The notes beneath the pieces are model-generated. The model ran no database searches and had not been told where the DNA came from. It was given only the letters and a program-made list of their open reading frames with translations. From an uncultured virus (IMG/VR IMGVR_UViG_3300014208_001449) (taxonomy: Duplodnaviria; Heunggongvirae; Uroviricota; Caudoviricetes), in the IMG/VR virus record IMGVR_UViG_3300014208_001449: a stretch of 64,000 bases of DNA. One strand, given 5' to 3'. The translations under genes and the position numbers were made by a program. This document shows, piece after piece, positions 38,528 to 47,908 of the stretch. The first letter of the stretch is position 1. Every line of letters begins with the position of its first letter.

Positions 38528-38897
38528 CACCACGCGAGACCAAGCAATCCTCCTGGCGGAATTTGCTCTACTGGAAGGTATTAACACGGCTTTCGACGTG
38601 CACGGAGCCGTGAACATCTCCAGGTACGAGCCTACCGCCGACACCCCTTTCAATTTTGCCCTTTGGAAGAAAGATAGCCCTACCATGCTCCTGAGGGTCA
38701 CGGTAACCGTATGTCTCCCGGAACTTGAAATGCTTGCAGACAGGTTACCGCCTAAAACCACATGGCCCTGCACTATGGAATTGGGTGGCCAGCTCGAAGG
38801 GATCGTAGCGAAGCGGCTCGAAGATCGGATTCGGTCCACGTTCGAAAAGGTATCCTTCATCGACGCCGGACCGGACAGCGGAATCCCGAACGCATAA
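38517..38897 (+). CDS. hypothetical protein
   Basis: overlapping start. Confidence 0.6.
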   Translation: MGNSTTRDQAILLAEFALLEGINTAFDVHGAVNISRYEPTADTPFNFALWKKDSPTMLLRVTVTVCLPELEMLADRLPPKTTWPCTMELGGQLEGIVAKRLEDRIRSTFEKVSFIDAGPDSGIPNA

Positions 38898-38913
38898 GAG
38901 AAAGGAACCTGCT

Positions 38914-39891
38914 ATGGGTCTGTCGAACGAGGAGCGCCTCTCGAAAATGTTCTGGGCGGTGCACCACCTGTCCCTCCAATGCAGGGAACTGAAAGCAGAG
39001 GGCTGGCACCGAGAGAGCATTGAACACCTCCAGGAATTGGGGGACAAGCTCTGGCATGCGCTCCTCGAAGGGAAACGCGATTCCGCTTATTGGATTCTGG
39101 GCGGGGACCTCGACTCGGGGGTCACGGGCCCCAACTCGCCCTGGGGGGTGCTAATTGAGGCCCAGTGCGAAGAGGCCCAAGCTTCCGAAGAGCCAAGTCG
39201 AGATGATTTGCCTTTCGACCCCTTCCGGTGTTTCCTCAGCGTAGAGGGTCTGGCCGGACAGGGAGTGGATGGGGAATTTCGCCGGAATGTTCTGGGGATA
39301 TACCGTGAGGTAGAGTCCCTGATCTACGGACTACGGCGCTATACGGACACTTTCCGGTTGGGGTTCGAGAATCTGGATAGGCTGGCGTCCAATTTGCTGG
39401 GGGCGTGTTTCGCTGCCATGCAGGGAGAGGATGGTTATGCTAAGGCCTACGTAGGAAACCGTCTCATGAAGTGGATCTACGGGCAGTGGGGTGGGCCGGT
39501 CTGGAAGGCCTTGAACGAAGTCAATATGCACCACTACCTGTCCAGATTCATGAGCGATTACTGCACTCTGGCTGAGGTCATTGCCTGGGACGAGTGGCGA
39601 TTGACCCACAAAGACACCGTGCAGAACCGGCTCGTTCTGGCCCTGCGGATGGCTGGACGCAGGTTCCACTATGACCACCAGTTTACTCAGTTGGTCAAGG
39701 CCACTCGCGGTCTGGGGGTCAGGGAAAAGGTCCTGAAGCGGGAGTTTGCCAAGTGCATAAAGGCCCATGAAGCTCACGAAGCTGAGAATCAGGGGCAGTA
39801 TGTGGCGGAACGGGACTCTGAGGAGAACACCGTCATTCATGGTTTCGACTACAAAAGCCAATGGGAACGAAAGGGGGATAGAAATGCTTGA
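38914..39891 (+). CDS. hypothetical protein
   Basis: 325 aa ORF, AAGGA RBS. Confidence 0.7.
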   Translation: MGLSNEERLSKMFWAVHHLSLQCRELKAEGWHRESIEHLQELGDKLWHALLEGKRDSAYWILGGDLDSGVTGPNSPWGVLIEAQCEEAQASEEPSRDDLPFDPFRCFLSVEGLAGQGVDGEFRRNVLGIYREVESLIYGLRRYTDTFRLGFENLDRLASNLLGACFAAMQGEDGYAKAYVGNRLMKWIYGQWGGPVWKALNEVNMHHYLSRFMSDYCTLAEVIAWDEWRLTHKDTVQNRLVLALRMAGRRFHYDHQFTQLVKATRGLGVREKVLKREFAKCIKAHEAHEAENQGQYVAERDSEENTVIHGFDYKSQWERKGDRNA

Positions 39892-40138
39892 TTTCCTGAA
39901 AAGCCTGTTTTCCTTCGAGCACAAAACGAAGTTCACGGCGTTTACCTACGTGGACGATGCCTCAGGTAAGCCCCTGCCTGCCCCCCAAGAAGTGGGCCGG
40001 TGCATTCACTGGCTTCCACCCGTCATCACTCAAGGCGGGTCCTACGAGGAACGGGAACGACGGGCTTTCAAGGAACTCAGAGAGCAGAACAGGCTCCTTG
40101 AGGGACAGGTCTGGATTTACGAAACTCAAAGGGCTTGA
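39884..40138 (+). CDS. hypothetical protein
   Basis: overlapping start. Confidence 0.55.
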   Translation: MLDFLKSLFSFEHKTKFTAFTYVDDASGKPLPAPQEVGRCIHWLPPVITQGGSYEERERRAFKELREQNRLLEGQVWIYETQRA

Positions 40139-40141
40139 ACC

Positions 40142-40792
40142 ATGAAAGTACACCTGATCGCTGGGGATTTGACTACGTTTGCAGGGGGCGCTATATGCAA
40201 CGCGGCAAATGAGGTCATGCTTGGTGGCGGGGGCGTCGACGGAGCAATCCACCGTGCCGCGGGCCCAGAACTTCGAAAGGCGTGTGAGGCGGTCTACGCT
40301 GAGGACGTGTTGGCCTACGGTCCAGGTCTCAGAGAGATGCGAGGCAAGCGTTGTGGTATAGGGCAGGTTGTTCCGACTCCGGCTTTCAACTTGCCGTGTA
40401 AGTGGGTCTTCCACACAGTAGGGCCGGTCTGGCCTGTGGGCTGCGAAGAGGATGAAGACCCCCTCTCCAGGTCCACCCAACCGGACGATGACGGCAAGCC
40501 CTTCCTGACGAAGGGCAGGCACGCCCGTCTCCAACTGGCTGCATGCTACGGTCGGTCCCTGTACTTGGCCTCAGCTATGGGGCTCAAGAGCATTGCTTTT
40601 CCGGCCATCTCAACCGGAGTTTATGGTTGCCCTCAAGAGGTCTGTGCTGAGGTGGCCGCGTCGGTGTGCGGTGGGAGACACATGCAGTTCCTTGGGGCTG
40701 AGAAACTGCGTCTAGAGGTGACCTTTTTCATCCATCCGGCTGAGCATCTCTCAACATGGCAAGAGGCGGCTAAGTACAAGGCAGGAGATTAA
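40142..40792 (+). CDS. macro domain protein (ADP-ribose binding/hydrolase)
   Basis: GDLT, NAAN, GGGGVDGAIH, HTVGPVW, FPAISTGVYG. Confidence 0.93.
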   Translation: MKVHLIAGDLTTFAGGAICNAANEVMLGGGGVDGAIHRAAGPELRKACEAVYAEDVLAYGPGLREMRGKRCGIGQVVPTPAFNLPCKWVFHTVGPVWPVGCEEDEDPLSRSTQPDDDGKPFLTKGRHARLQLAACYGRSLYLASAMGLKSIAFPAISTGVYGCPQEVCAEVAASVCGGRHMQFLGAEKLRLEVTFFIHPAEHLSTWQEAAKYKAGD

Positions 40793-40795
40793 AAA

Positions 40796-41269
40796 ATGAA
40801 CCAGGAACAACTGTCTGCCCTCAAGACCTCTTTGCAAGAGATCGAGGCTGCAAAGGACGCCCTCAAGGCCCAGTACGATCTGATCGAAAACACCCGGGAG
40901 GAAGCCGTCGAAGTCGCCTGGGAGATCCTGCACCTGGAGAACCGTATTCAAGGGTCCTGGAAATCGAACGTCCAAGTAGTCTTCGGAGCAGAGACAGTGT
41001 ATGCCTCCGTGGAAGGCTATGACAGCGACACATACGAGACCTGCTTCCCCCTGGACTACCTTGGGGACCCTGACTTTATGATCAAGGCCCAGGCCGTAAA
41101 AGAAACCAGGAAACAGCAGGAACGCGAGCGGGAAATAGAGAGACTTCGCGTTGCGGAGTTGGAGAGGCAGGAACACGAACGCCAAGAGAAACTATCTCGG
41201 GAAGCTTCGGAACGCCGCCGCCTGCGTGAACTGGCCCAGAAATACCCCGACGAGATCCCCAAGCTCTAG
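40796..41269 (+). CDS. hypothetical coiled-coil protein
   Basis: ERRRLRELAQKY end; AGGAG RBS. Confidence 0.7.
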   Translation: MNQEQLSALKTSLQEIEAAKDALKAQYDLIENTREEAVEVAWEILHLENRIQGSWKSNVQVVFGAETVYASVEGYDSDTYETCFPLDYLGDPDFMIKAQAVKETRKQQEREREIERLRVAELERQEHERQEKLSREASERRRLRELAQKYPDEIPKL

Positions 41270-41279
41270 TCAGATTCCA

Positions 41280-41306
41280 GTTTCATTCCGTCTTCCCTTG
41301 GTGTAT
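41280..41306 (+). promoter_or_regulatory. class-1 promoter motif
   Basis: GTTT-N17-GTGTAT. Confidence 0.75.
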
Positions 41307-41350
41307 ACCTAATGCGTGAGGGCAAAGGACGCCCTCGGGGAGATACAGAA

Positions 41351-41899
41351 ATGGTCAAATACCACGAACTGCACATGGAAATGGCCCTTCAGGTCGTCAA
41401 AGCCCTGTGCGCCAAGAACCACTCCGTGACGGATATCCGCCTGGGCCGTGACGGATCCAACCACTACCTGTTCGTCGACAACATCGAGCTGGAGATTTCG
41501 ACCTGCCCGGTCCTCGTTACCCACAGCATCAAGCAGTCAGGGAACCGCTACAAGGTACTGGTGGCGGGGCAGTCGTTCCCGTCCGTCAAGGGTAGCTTCG
41601 ACACCAAGATCGACGCTATCGTGATCTGCATCGAGGAGTACGTGGGCCAGAAGCTGGCAGAGCGGAAGAAGGAAGACGCCAAGCAGAGCGTTGTCCGGCA
41701 AGTTGCGGCGGCTTTCCCTGGCTCTCGCCCGACGCTGGAAACGGTCGCTCTTCCTGGGCGCTTCGGGGCCTTTCTGAAGTGCGGGTCCATGGGCTCCAAA
41801 CTGGAACTGTCTATTCCGAACGAAGACCTGATGGGCGTGCTGCTCAAGCTCCAGAATGCCGGTATCCTCGGCGGCACCCCGAATCCGGAAGGGAAGTGA
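41351..41899 (+). CDS. hypothetical protein
   Basis: GGAG RBS. Confidence 0.7.
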   Translation: MVKYHELHMEMALQVVKALCAKNHSVTDIRLGRDGSNHYLFVDNIELEISTCPVLVTHSIKQSGNRYKVLVAGQSFPSVKGSFDTKIDAIVICIEEYVGQKLAERKKEDAKQSVVRQVAAAFPGSRPTLETVALPGRFGAFLKCGSMGSKLELSIPNEDLMGVLLKLQNAGILGGTPNPEGK

Positions 41900-41903
41900 T
41901 TCC

Positions 41904-42239
41904 ATGTTAGTCCAAACCGTCCGCGGCAACCGTGACAATTGGTCGGGCACCGAAGGCACCGTGACGTTCTGGGAGCCCGAGGGCCCCGAGGCGGGCCGCG
42001 TCCTGTTCACCTGCGAGGACCTCGAAGGGTACGAGTTCGAAGCGGTCTATTCCGCTTGGCTCGATATCGACGGTCGGAAGCTGTCCCCCGAAATCCTGTC
42101 CCCGTTCTACCGCATCTACGGGAACGCATGGCGGGATGACTGCCTCCTGCTCCTGGAAACCGAACGGGACAACGGGGAAGCTAGGACAAAGGAGCAGATT
42201 GTTCTGGCGGCTGCTCGCCGGTTCTGGAACACCATTTAG
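41904..42239 (+). CDS. hypothetical protein
   Basis: operon packing. Confidence 0.6.
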   Translation: MLVQTVRGNRDNWSGTEGTVTFWEPEGPEAGRVLFTCEDLEGYEFEAVYSAWLDIDGRKLSPEILSPFYRIYGNAWRDDCLLLLETERDNGEARTKEQIVLAAARRFWNTI

Positions 42240-42254
42240 GACAGGCAGATAAAA

Positions 42255-42494
42255 ATGCTGCGTTTCGACGATCACCACGAACTCGTTGCCAAGCGGAACG
42301 GCAAGGCAACCTGTGGCCCCCATATCAGCGGAGCCCCTCACCACGTTCGGGTGGGGGATACCATCGGTTGGGCACGCCGTTACAAGGAAACCTCCGTTGT
42401 GTGCGCCTCCTGCTGGGCTAAGTGGAAGGCCGAGGTCGAAGAGGAGGATCGGATTCTCGGGGTGAGCCTGTCGGCTCCTGAGTGCCCCTACTGA
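42255..42494 (+). CDS. hypothetical protein
   Basis: CG.H...GD.IGW...C..CW pattern. Confidence 0.6.
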   Translation: MLRFDDHHELVAKRNGKATCGPHISGAPHHVRVGDTIGWARRYKETSVVCASCWAKWKAEVEEEDRILGVSLSAPECPY

Positions 42495-42520
42495 GGAGTA
42501 GACACATCGAGCCGATTCCT

Positions 42521-42547
42521 GTTTCATTCCTTTCCGGTTTGGCGTAT
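42521..42547 (+). promoter_or_regulatory. class-1 promoter motif
   Basis: GTTT-N17-GCGTAT. Confidence 0.75.
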
Positions 42548-42575
42548 ATAGGGAATGTAAGAATCGAACTCCCTG

Positions 42576-42896
42576 ATGGAGGACCTTGAAATGCAGTTCG
42601 AAGTGACCACCTCCCACCATGGACAGCCCTGCATCCAGGGGAATGGGATCAGTGTCAAGGTCATGCGACTGGTCCGCAATATCGTGACGAACAACTACAC
42701 TCCCAGCGACGACTACAAGATGAGGTTGCATGGCTCCCCCTTCTTGCAGGGCTATCAGGAAGAGGACGCCTATGGCCCCTACAACGAAGCCGAGTCCGAT
42801 GAGGGGGTCGGCTGGATTCTCGTGGAGTTCTGGAACGATGACTGTCAGCCCTGGGTTGACTACGTGAACAAGTGCCTTGCCGAGGCGGGGTTGTAA
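42576..42896 (+). CDS. hypothetical protein
   Basis: ORF after class-1 motif. Confidence 0.65.
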   Translation: MEDLEMQFEVTTSHHGQPCIQGNGISVKVMRLVRNIVTNNYTPSDDYKMRLHGSPFLQGYQEEDAYGPYNEAESDEGVGWILVEFWNDDCQPWVDYVNKCLAEAGL

Positions 42897-42899
42897 CCC

Positions 42900-43106
42900 A
42901 TGCTGACCGTAAAAGCCCTGATCGCAAAGCTGAAGAAAATGCCCCCAGAGGCAATCGTTATTTGGCGGGACCACGACAACGGCTTTGGCGACATGAACGG
43001 CTACGTCAACTATGTGGCTGAGTGTGACGAAGAATTCATCGAGGAGCGAATCAATCGTGGCGACACTTCCGTGCGGGGTAAACGCATGGTAGAGATGACT
43101 ACGTAA
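42900..43106 (+). CDS. hypothetical protein (paralog of 28210..28416)
   Basis: shared motif. Confidence 0.7.
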   Translation: MLTVKALIAKLKKMPPEAIVIWRDHDNGFGDMNGYVNYVAECDEEFIEERINRGDTSVRGKRMVEMTT

Positions 43107-43142
43107 GGTACACAGGCAGTAACCCTCTAGAGGATAGAAAAA

Positions 43143-43475
43143 ATGAAGCCCATTCTTGATTTCCAGGTGATCGATCACGGAGTCACAGGGTCCCAGTTCT
43201 TCCAGGGCTGCGGAACCTCGTTCACTCCTTTCGAGGTCTGCGAGACAGGGATCGGGGATACCGCGACCGAAGCCCTTGACAGTGCTCTCGAACAACTGGC
43301 CGAAGTGGGCTGGGAAGTGACGGACGCCTTCGTCGAACAGTGCCGGAAAGACCTCGACCCCAGCACCTGCGACGAATCCAAGTGCAAGGGCTGCGAATTC
43401 GAGAACCGTGGCGAGGACGAAGAGTGCCCTGACTCGTGTGAAACATGGCACTTTGTCTCTGTGCGGGTGAGCTAG
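43143..43475 (+). CDS. hypothetical protein
   Basis: GAGGA RBS. Confidence 0.65.
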   Translation: MKPILDFQVIDHGVTGSQFFQGCGTSFTPFEVCETGIGDTATEALDSALEQLAEVGWEVTDAFVEQCRKDLDPSTCDESKCKGCEFENRGEDEECPDSCETWHFVSVRVS

Positions 43476-43476
43476 A

Positions 43477-43773
43477 ATGGAAATCCAGTGGGGTGAGATC
43501 CAAGAAGGCATCCAGGACGGGAGGAAAGAGCCCTTCCCCGTAAAGGCTGTGTTGGGGTACGACCCTGTCCGCTTCGCCCTGTACAACTCTGCTGCCAAAA
43601 GCGATTCCGTTCTGTGGACCCTCCACGATTTCGTGACTGGAATTTCCTGGTTCCGGTACGGGAAGGGTTGGGACGAAGCCCAGCAAAACGCAGGGAAGCT
43701 GATCGTGAAGATTCTCGCTAGCACGAGTCCCCCTGGACCGACACACGCAAGGAGACCTGATGAAGAACCCTGA
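43477..43773 (+). CDS. hypothetical protein
   Basis: operon packing. Confidence 0.55.
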   Translation: MEIQWGEIQEGIQDGRKEPFPVKAVLGYDPVRFALYNSAAKSDSVLWTLHDFVTGISWFRYGKGWDEAQQNAGKLIVKILASTSPPGPTHARRPDEEP

Positions 43774-44227
43774 AACTCTACACGACCTCGGACTGGCTTG
43801 GCTGAAAGAAGACAAGAACCCTCCTTGTCCAAAGGCCACGGAGCTGGGGCTCAAGCTGGTCCACGCTTTGAGGGAGGAGCGGGGAATTCTCCTCCTCGCC
43901 GATCAGAACAAAGCTCTTCAGCTCTCTGACTCGGGTCAGTGCTGCTCGATCAAGGTGCTAGATATCATCCCCAATCGAGAGTTGTCCAAGGAGATCCAAG
44001 ACTACAGGCTCCTGGAGCCCATTCCAGAATACGGGGATTTAATGACCCTGACGGAATTCCTGGAGCACGTACGGACGGGCTTCTTCATCGACGACGATGG
44101 TTGTGGGAGCTTTGCTCTGGAGTCCGGTATGTCTCCGGAGTCTCTCCCGACTCTTTCTGACCCCGATGAACTCCAGAGGCAGGGAGAAGAGGACGGATGG
44201 ACTCACGTTGTGTGGTTCAACAAATGA
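43760..44227 (+). CDS. hypothetical protein
   Basis: GDLMTL.EF...G.FIDDDG.G...THVVWFNK. Confidence 0.7.
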   Translation: MKNPETLHDLGLAWLKEDKNPPCPKATELGLKLVHALREERGILLLADQNKALQLSDSGQCCSIKVLDIIPNRELSKEIQDYRLLEPIPEYGDLMTLTEFLEHVRTGFFIDDDGCGSFALESGMSPESLPTLSDPDELQRQGEEDGWTHVVWFNK

Positions 44228-44427
44228 AGTTTGAACACTGGCAGAACGAAACGGAGAACACCGAAACTGTCGTCCCGGCCGATTACGACCCCGCAATGAA
44301 AGTCTTGATCTGCGGAGAAGGTGCCAAGCTCTGTTGTGTCATCGAGGCAGACTCCTGGAATGAGGCTATGACAAAGTACCACGAGCACCAGGGCTGGGGG
44401 CCCTACGTTCCCTTTGAGGAGAAATGA
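44224..44427 (+). CDS. hypothetical protein
   Basis: IEADSWNEAMTKYHEHQGWGPY. Confidence 0.6.
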   Translation: MKFEHWQNETENTETVVPADYDPAMKVLICGEGAKLCCVIEADSWNEAMTKYHEHQGWGPYVPFEEK

Positions 44428-44708
44428 CTGTGGGAAGCTCCTTTTTCGATATCGGGAACGGTGAATTCAGTCTCACCCGTGAAGAGATCCTATGTCTCGC
44501 TACGGGGAAATTCCACACCGTTACCTGCCCAGTTTGCGCGGGGTCAAAATGGTTCTACGTGAACGGAGTTACGGGAGACATCGAACGGCCCCCAACCGGA
44601 TCTACCCCAGAACAAATTGAGGAGGGGTGCTATTATACACACCCCTGCGACGAATGCAACCAGTTCGGGTTCAATATCGTGTTCCATGAGGAAGGAGAGA
44701 CAAAGTGA
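44424..44708 (+). CDS. zinc-finger-like hypothetical protein
   Basis: CPVC.G...CDEC...G. Confidence 0.6.
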   Translation: MTVGSSFFDIGNGEFSLTREEILCLATGKFHTVTCPVCAGSKWFYVNGVTGDIERPPTGSTPEQIEEGCYYTHPCDECNQFGFNIVFHEEGETK

Positions 44709-45412
44709 CGACCGCGCAGATCGACACCTTCAAGGACATCCCCGACCAGATGCTCTGGAAGGGCCCCGCCCTCCACCAGATCGAAAATTTCCGGAAGCTC
44801 ACTCAGAGGCTGGGCTACCGTTGGGCTACTGTGGGGCACCACTTCTCTAAGAGCATCAAGCTCCCAGTGGTCCGCATCTCACGGAAGGGGTTGCAGTTCT
44901 ATCTCAGGGACAACTTCTACGACATCAACCTGTGTGCGGTGTCGAAGGAGCCCATCACGGTGCCTATGTCCGTGCTGTTTGAAGGTGTTCTCACGCCACA
45001 GACCTGGGATTGGTATCTGAACGAAATCTCTCGGTCCCGGGGGTATTCGTGGAGCCCGTGGACGGATGCGCAAATGGACGATCCCGACCTGTTGACCGTC
45101 GACCCCGATCCGGAGCCGAGGAGATACACGCATATGACCAAAGAGCCCGGAGAGAAAGCTCGTTGGCTCCGGCGTATGATGGATCCGACGTGGTATTCAC
45201 ACGACTGGTCCAGCGGAGTCATCTGTTGGGAAGAGGATTTCGGTCCCGGAGCCAAGCTCTACATTCAGGAGCACCCTTACCTGGAGGGGATCTCCTCTAT
45301 CGTCCCCAAAAAGAAGACTCAGCCGTATGTCACAGGCTGCAAGGGGTTTGCTGTAGCCCTGTCCTCGTTGGAGCAAGCAGAGGCCCTCATCCGCCGTCTC
45401 ACGGCTGACTAG
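44705..45412 (+). CDS. hypothetical protein
   Basis: GTGA overlap. Confidence 0.7.
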   Translation: MTTAQIDTFKDIPDQMLWKGPALHQIENFRKLTQRLGYRWATVGHHFSKSIKLPVVRISRKGLQFYLRDNFYDINLCAVSKEPITVPMSVLFEGVLTPQTWDWYLNEISRSRGYSWSPWTDAQMDDPDLLTVDPDPEPRRYTHMTKEPGEKARWLRRMMDPTWYSHDWSSGVICWEEDFGPGAKLYIQEHPYLEGISSIVPKKKTQPYVTGCKGFAVALSSLEQAEALIRRLTAD

Positions 45413-45429
45413 ACCGAGAAACCTGAAAC

Positions 45430-45924
45430 ATGAAACTAACCTGTATCGTCTATGGGGAAGAGTACTCGATAGAAACCGAAGAGGGCCAAAGTCTGATCCG
45501 CCTCAGGGAAACAGTTCTAACGGAAAGCTTGGTGACAGGCAGACCCTATTCTCATTTCGAGCTACGAAATGATAAAGGAGTCTGGCTGAATCCTTTGCTA
45601 ACCACATCCGAAGCAGGACTCCGGGACGGAGACATACTGTGGGTCACCCCGGCCATTGCTGCTGGTGGGTCCAACAAAATCAACCACCGCAGGAAGCACC
45701 AGCGTATCAAGACCGACTGTCGATATGCCAAAGGTAAACGTCAGGTCTCCGGGGGTCCGTGCCGGAACACTTCGGGGCATTACCACAATGGCGTAAGGTG
45801 GATGAAACGAGAGGGAGTTCGTACCTGTCGTCGTGCAGGGTGGCCCACAGGAACGGTCCGGTACATCCAACCCTATTTTAGATCTCCTTCCAAGCTGCGT
45901 GCTCTGATGCTCAGTGGGGAATAA
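45430..45924 (+). CDS. ubiquitin-like (DUF2604-like) protein with Gly-Gly and basic C-terminal extension
   Basis: residues 1-80 end in IAAGG and align by eye with the Ubl of 13245..13808; 84 aa K/R-rich tail. Confidence 0.7.
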   Translation: MKLTCIVYGEEYSIETEEGQSLIRLRETVLTESLVTGRPYSHFELRNDKGVWLNPLLTTSEAGLRDGDILWVTPAIAAGGSNKINHRRKHQRIKTDCRYAKGKRQVSGGPCRNTSGHYHNGVRWMKREGVRTCRRAGWPTGTVRYIQPYFRSPSKLRALMLSGE

Positions 45925-45927
45925 GAC

Positions 45928-46548
45928 ATGACCGAGTTTCACCAGAAGGTTCTGTACCGCATCGGCACGTACTATCATCCTCTGGGTGGGCTGGACACCT
46001 CGTCCAAGTTGTTCCTGCACATGGCGTCAGTCAGGCATCCTGAGGTTCGTGACCACTGCGAACGTGTTGCTTTGCTGGCTGAAGCTGTTGCGGGTGCCCT
46101 CCAGAAAGATACCAAGGCGGCTTTCTTCGCTGGACTGCTACATGACCTGGGGAAAATCCTCATGCCTGCGGTTCTCTTCGACGGGCACAACATTTCTGCC
46201 GAGGAATATGCCCTGGTAAAAGAGCACGCCTACGACGGGTTCAGCGCCCTCAAAGAAATGCACTTGTTCACCTCTCTGGTCTGCGGAGCCCATCATGCCA
46301 TGTACCGTGCAGGTTATGGGGTAAAGACCGAGGAACTCCCGAAGGAGTGGGGGTTGGCGACAATCAAGAAGGTCCTGGAGATTTCGACCATCGTGAGCGT
46401 TTGTGACTTCGTCGACGCCTTCACGCACCGGACCACCTCCATCAAGGACGGGACGGCTGGCGGGGACCTGAGAGAGATGCTGGAGAAAAAGTACCCTGAG
46501 GACCTGTTGGTTGTAAGGACAGCTCTGAAACTCGCCCCGACTTTTTGA
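45928..46548 (+). CDS. HD-GYP-like metal-dependent phosphohydrolase
   Basis: HCERVA, LLHDLGK, KEH, HH..Y..GY, VCDFVDA. Confidence 0.82.
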   Translation: MTEFHQKVLYRIGTYYHPLGGLDTSSKLFLHMASVRHPEVRDHCERVALLAEAVAGALQKDTKAAFFAGLLHDLGKILMPAVLFDGHNISAEEYALVKEHAYDGFSALKEMHLFTSLVCGAHHAMYRAGYGVKTEELPKEWGLATIKKVLEISTIVSVCDFVDAFTHRTTSIKDGTAGGDLREMLEKKYPEDLLVVRTALKLAPTF

Positions 46549-46567
46549 TCTTCACCCTCACTTTTCT

Positions 46568-46594
46568 GTTCCATTCTAACCCCCCGCGGTGTAT
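46568..46594 (+). promoter_or_regulatory. class-1 promoter motif (variant)
   Basis: GTTC-N17-GTGTAT. Confidence 0.65.
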
Positions 46595-46660
46595 ACATAA
46601 GGTGTGGGGCTGTCCAGGAGGTCCTGACGGCACCTGAAAACGGAGTCCGGAGCAGAAACC

Positions 46661-47263
46661 ATGACCTATTGCGTGGACTGGGACAAATTCAAACCTCTTT
46701 TCAAAACCCTATCGGATACAGAGATCGCCGAGAAGGCGGGAGTGCCTGTAAGCTGCGTGCGGCGGTACAGGCAAAAAAACCCTTTCCCGAAATCTAGACT
46801 ACTACCGGAAAAACACATCAAGCTCCTAGGCACCATGCCGGATATAGAACTGGCGGTAAAAATTGGCAGAGGTCCTATTTTTATCCGGAGACGTCGTCTA
46901 GAGAGGGGGATTCCCCCTTTCAAGAGCAGGCGGATCAACTGGGATTCGATTACTCCTTTACTAGGGGTAAAAACAGACAGGGAATTAGCTATTATGTTTG
47001 GTGTGAGTCACACTGCAATCAGAAACCGCAGAATACAACTAGACGTCCCCGCACACAGAAAACACAGCAGGAAAGGGGTTAGGAAGGTCGATTGGGATGA
47101 AAATCAGCACTTGCTGAGGATCATGGCTGACGCTGATTTTGCCGCTAAATTCGGGATATCCAGGCAGCGGGTATCTCAGGTACGCATACAGACAGGAATT
47201 CCCAGGCCCATCCCTTCCACCCAGAAACTAGCCGAAGCCCTCGGCACAATCGGCACCCACTGA
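46661..47263 (+). CDS. repeat protein with four tandem HTH-like units
   Basis: L....D.E.A...G.....V...R....IP repeated four times. Confidence 0.7.
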   Translation: MTYCVDWDKFKPLFKTLSDTEIAEKAGVPVSCVRRYRQKNPFPKSRLLPEKHIKLLGTMPDIELAVKIGRGPIFIRRRRLERGIPPFKSRRINWDSITPLLGVKTDRELAIMFGVSHTAIRNRRIQLDVPAHRKHSRKGVRKVDWDENQHLLRIMADADFAAKFGISRQRVSQVRIQTGIPRPIPSTQKLAEALGTIGTH

Positions 47264-47275
47264 AAGGAGCCCTTC

Positions 47276-47767
47276 ATGATCGGTTACCGTTTCGGACTGC
47301 CTACCACCCTGGACGTGCTCACCCATGCGGAGAAGCACCCCATTCCGATGGAGAACGACGAAGGGGGTTTCATCGCCGGACGTTGGATGGAACACGCGGG
47401 GTTCCAACCCGTCGTGATCCGTCTCAGGGTCACGAAGCAGGGCGAAATCCTGGCTTCCAACGACGACTGCGGGTCTTTGTGGTACAGGCCAGAGGCCTTG
47501 GCTCGGTACATGCCACTGGACCGTGACGGTGTGCCATGCTCCTGGCCAAATCAGCTTCAGTACACCGAAGGCACCATGCAGGGCGTATCCTGGCTGGGTG
47601 CGGTACGAACCTGGATTCAATGCCGATTCGTCAACGGCGAAACCGTCACGTGGGGCAGTCACACCCCGCTGAACGGCCCGAGTCTCACCCCCGCTCTCGT
47701 GGAAGAGATCGGCCGGATTGCTGTCGCCGCTGATAGGAATGCAATCCGTGACTGGATGAGTAACTGA
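47276..47767 (+). CDS. hypothetical protein
   Basis: AAGGAG RBS. Confidence 0.65.
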   Translation: MIGYRFGLPTTLDVLTHAEKHPIPMENDEGGFIAGRWMEHAGFQPVVIRLRVTKQGEILASNDDCGSLWYRPEALARYMPLDRDGVPCSWPNQLQYTEGTMQGVSWLGAVRTWIQCRFVNGETVTWGSHTPLNGPSLTPALVEEIGRIAVAADRNAIRDWMSN

Positions 47768-47908
47768 GCGGAAAAATCAACCCCGCAGGGTTGAGTAGGG
47801 TCTTATCGCCCTCCCAGGGTTGACAAACAAAACAGGTTGACGAAACCGTTCCCGTTGTGGTAGGGTCCAAGAGGGACTGAGGCTTTTGCCACAAAAAGAG
47901 GTACTTTA

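Noticed and set aside
41907..43832. 641 aa minus-strand ORF
   Set aside because: Antisense shadow of several plus-strand genes that have RBSs and promoters; no motifs
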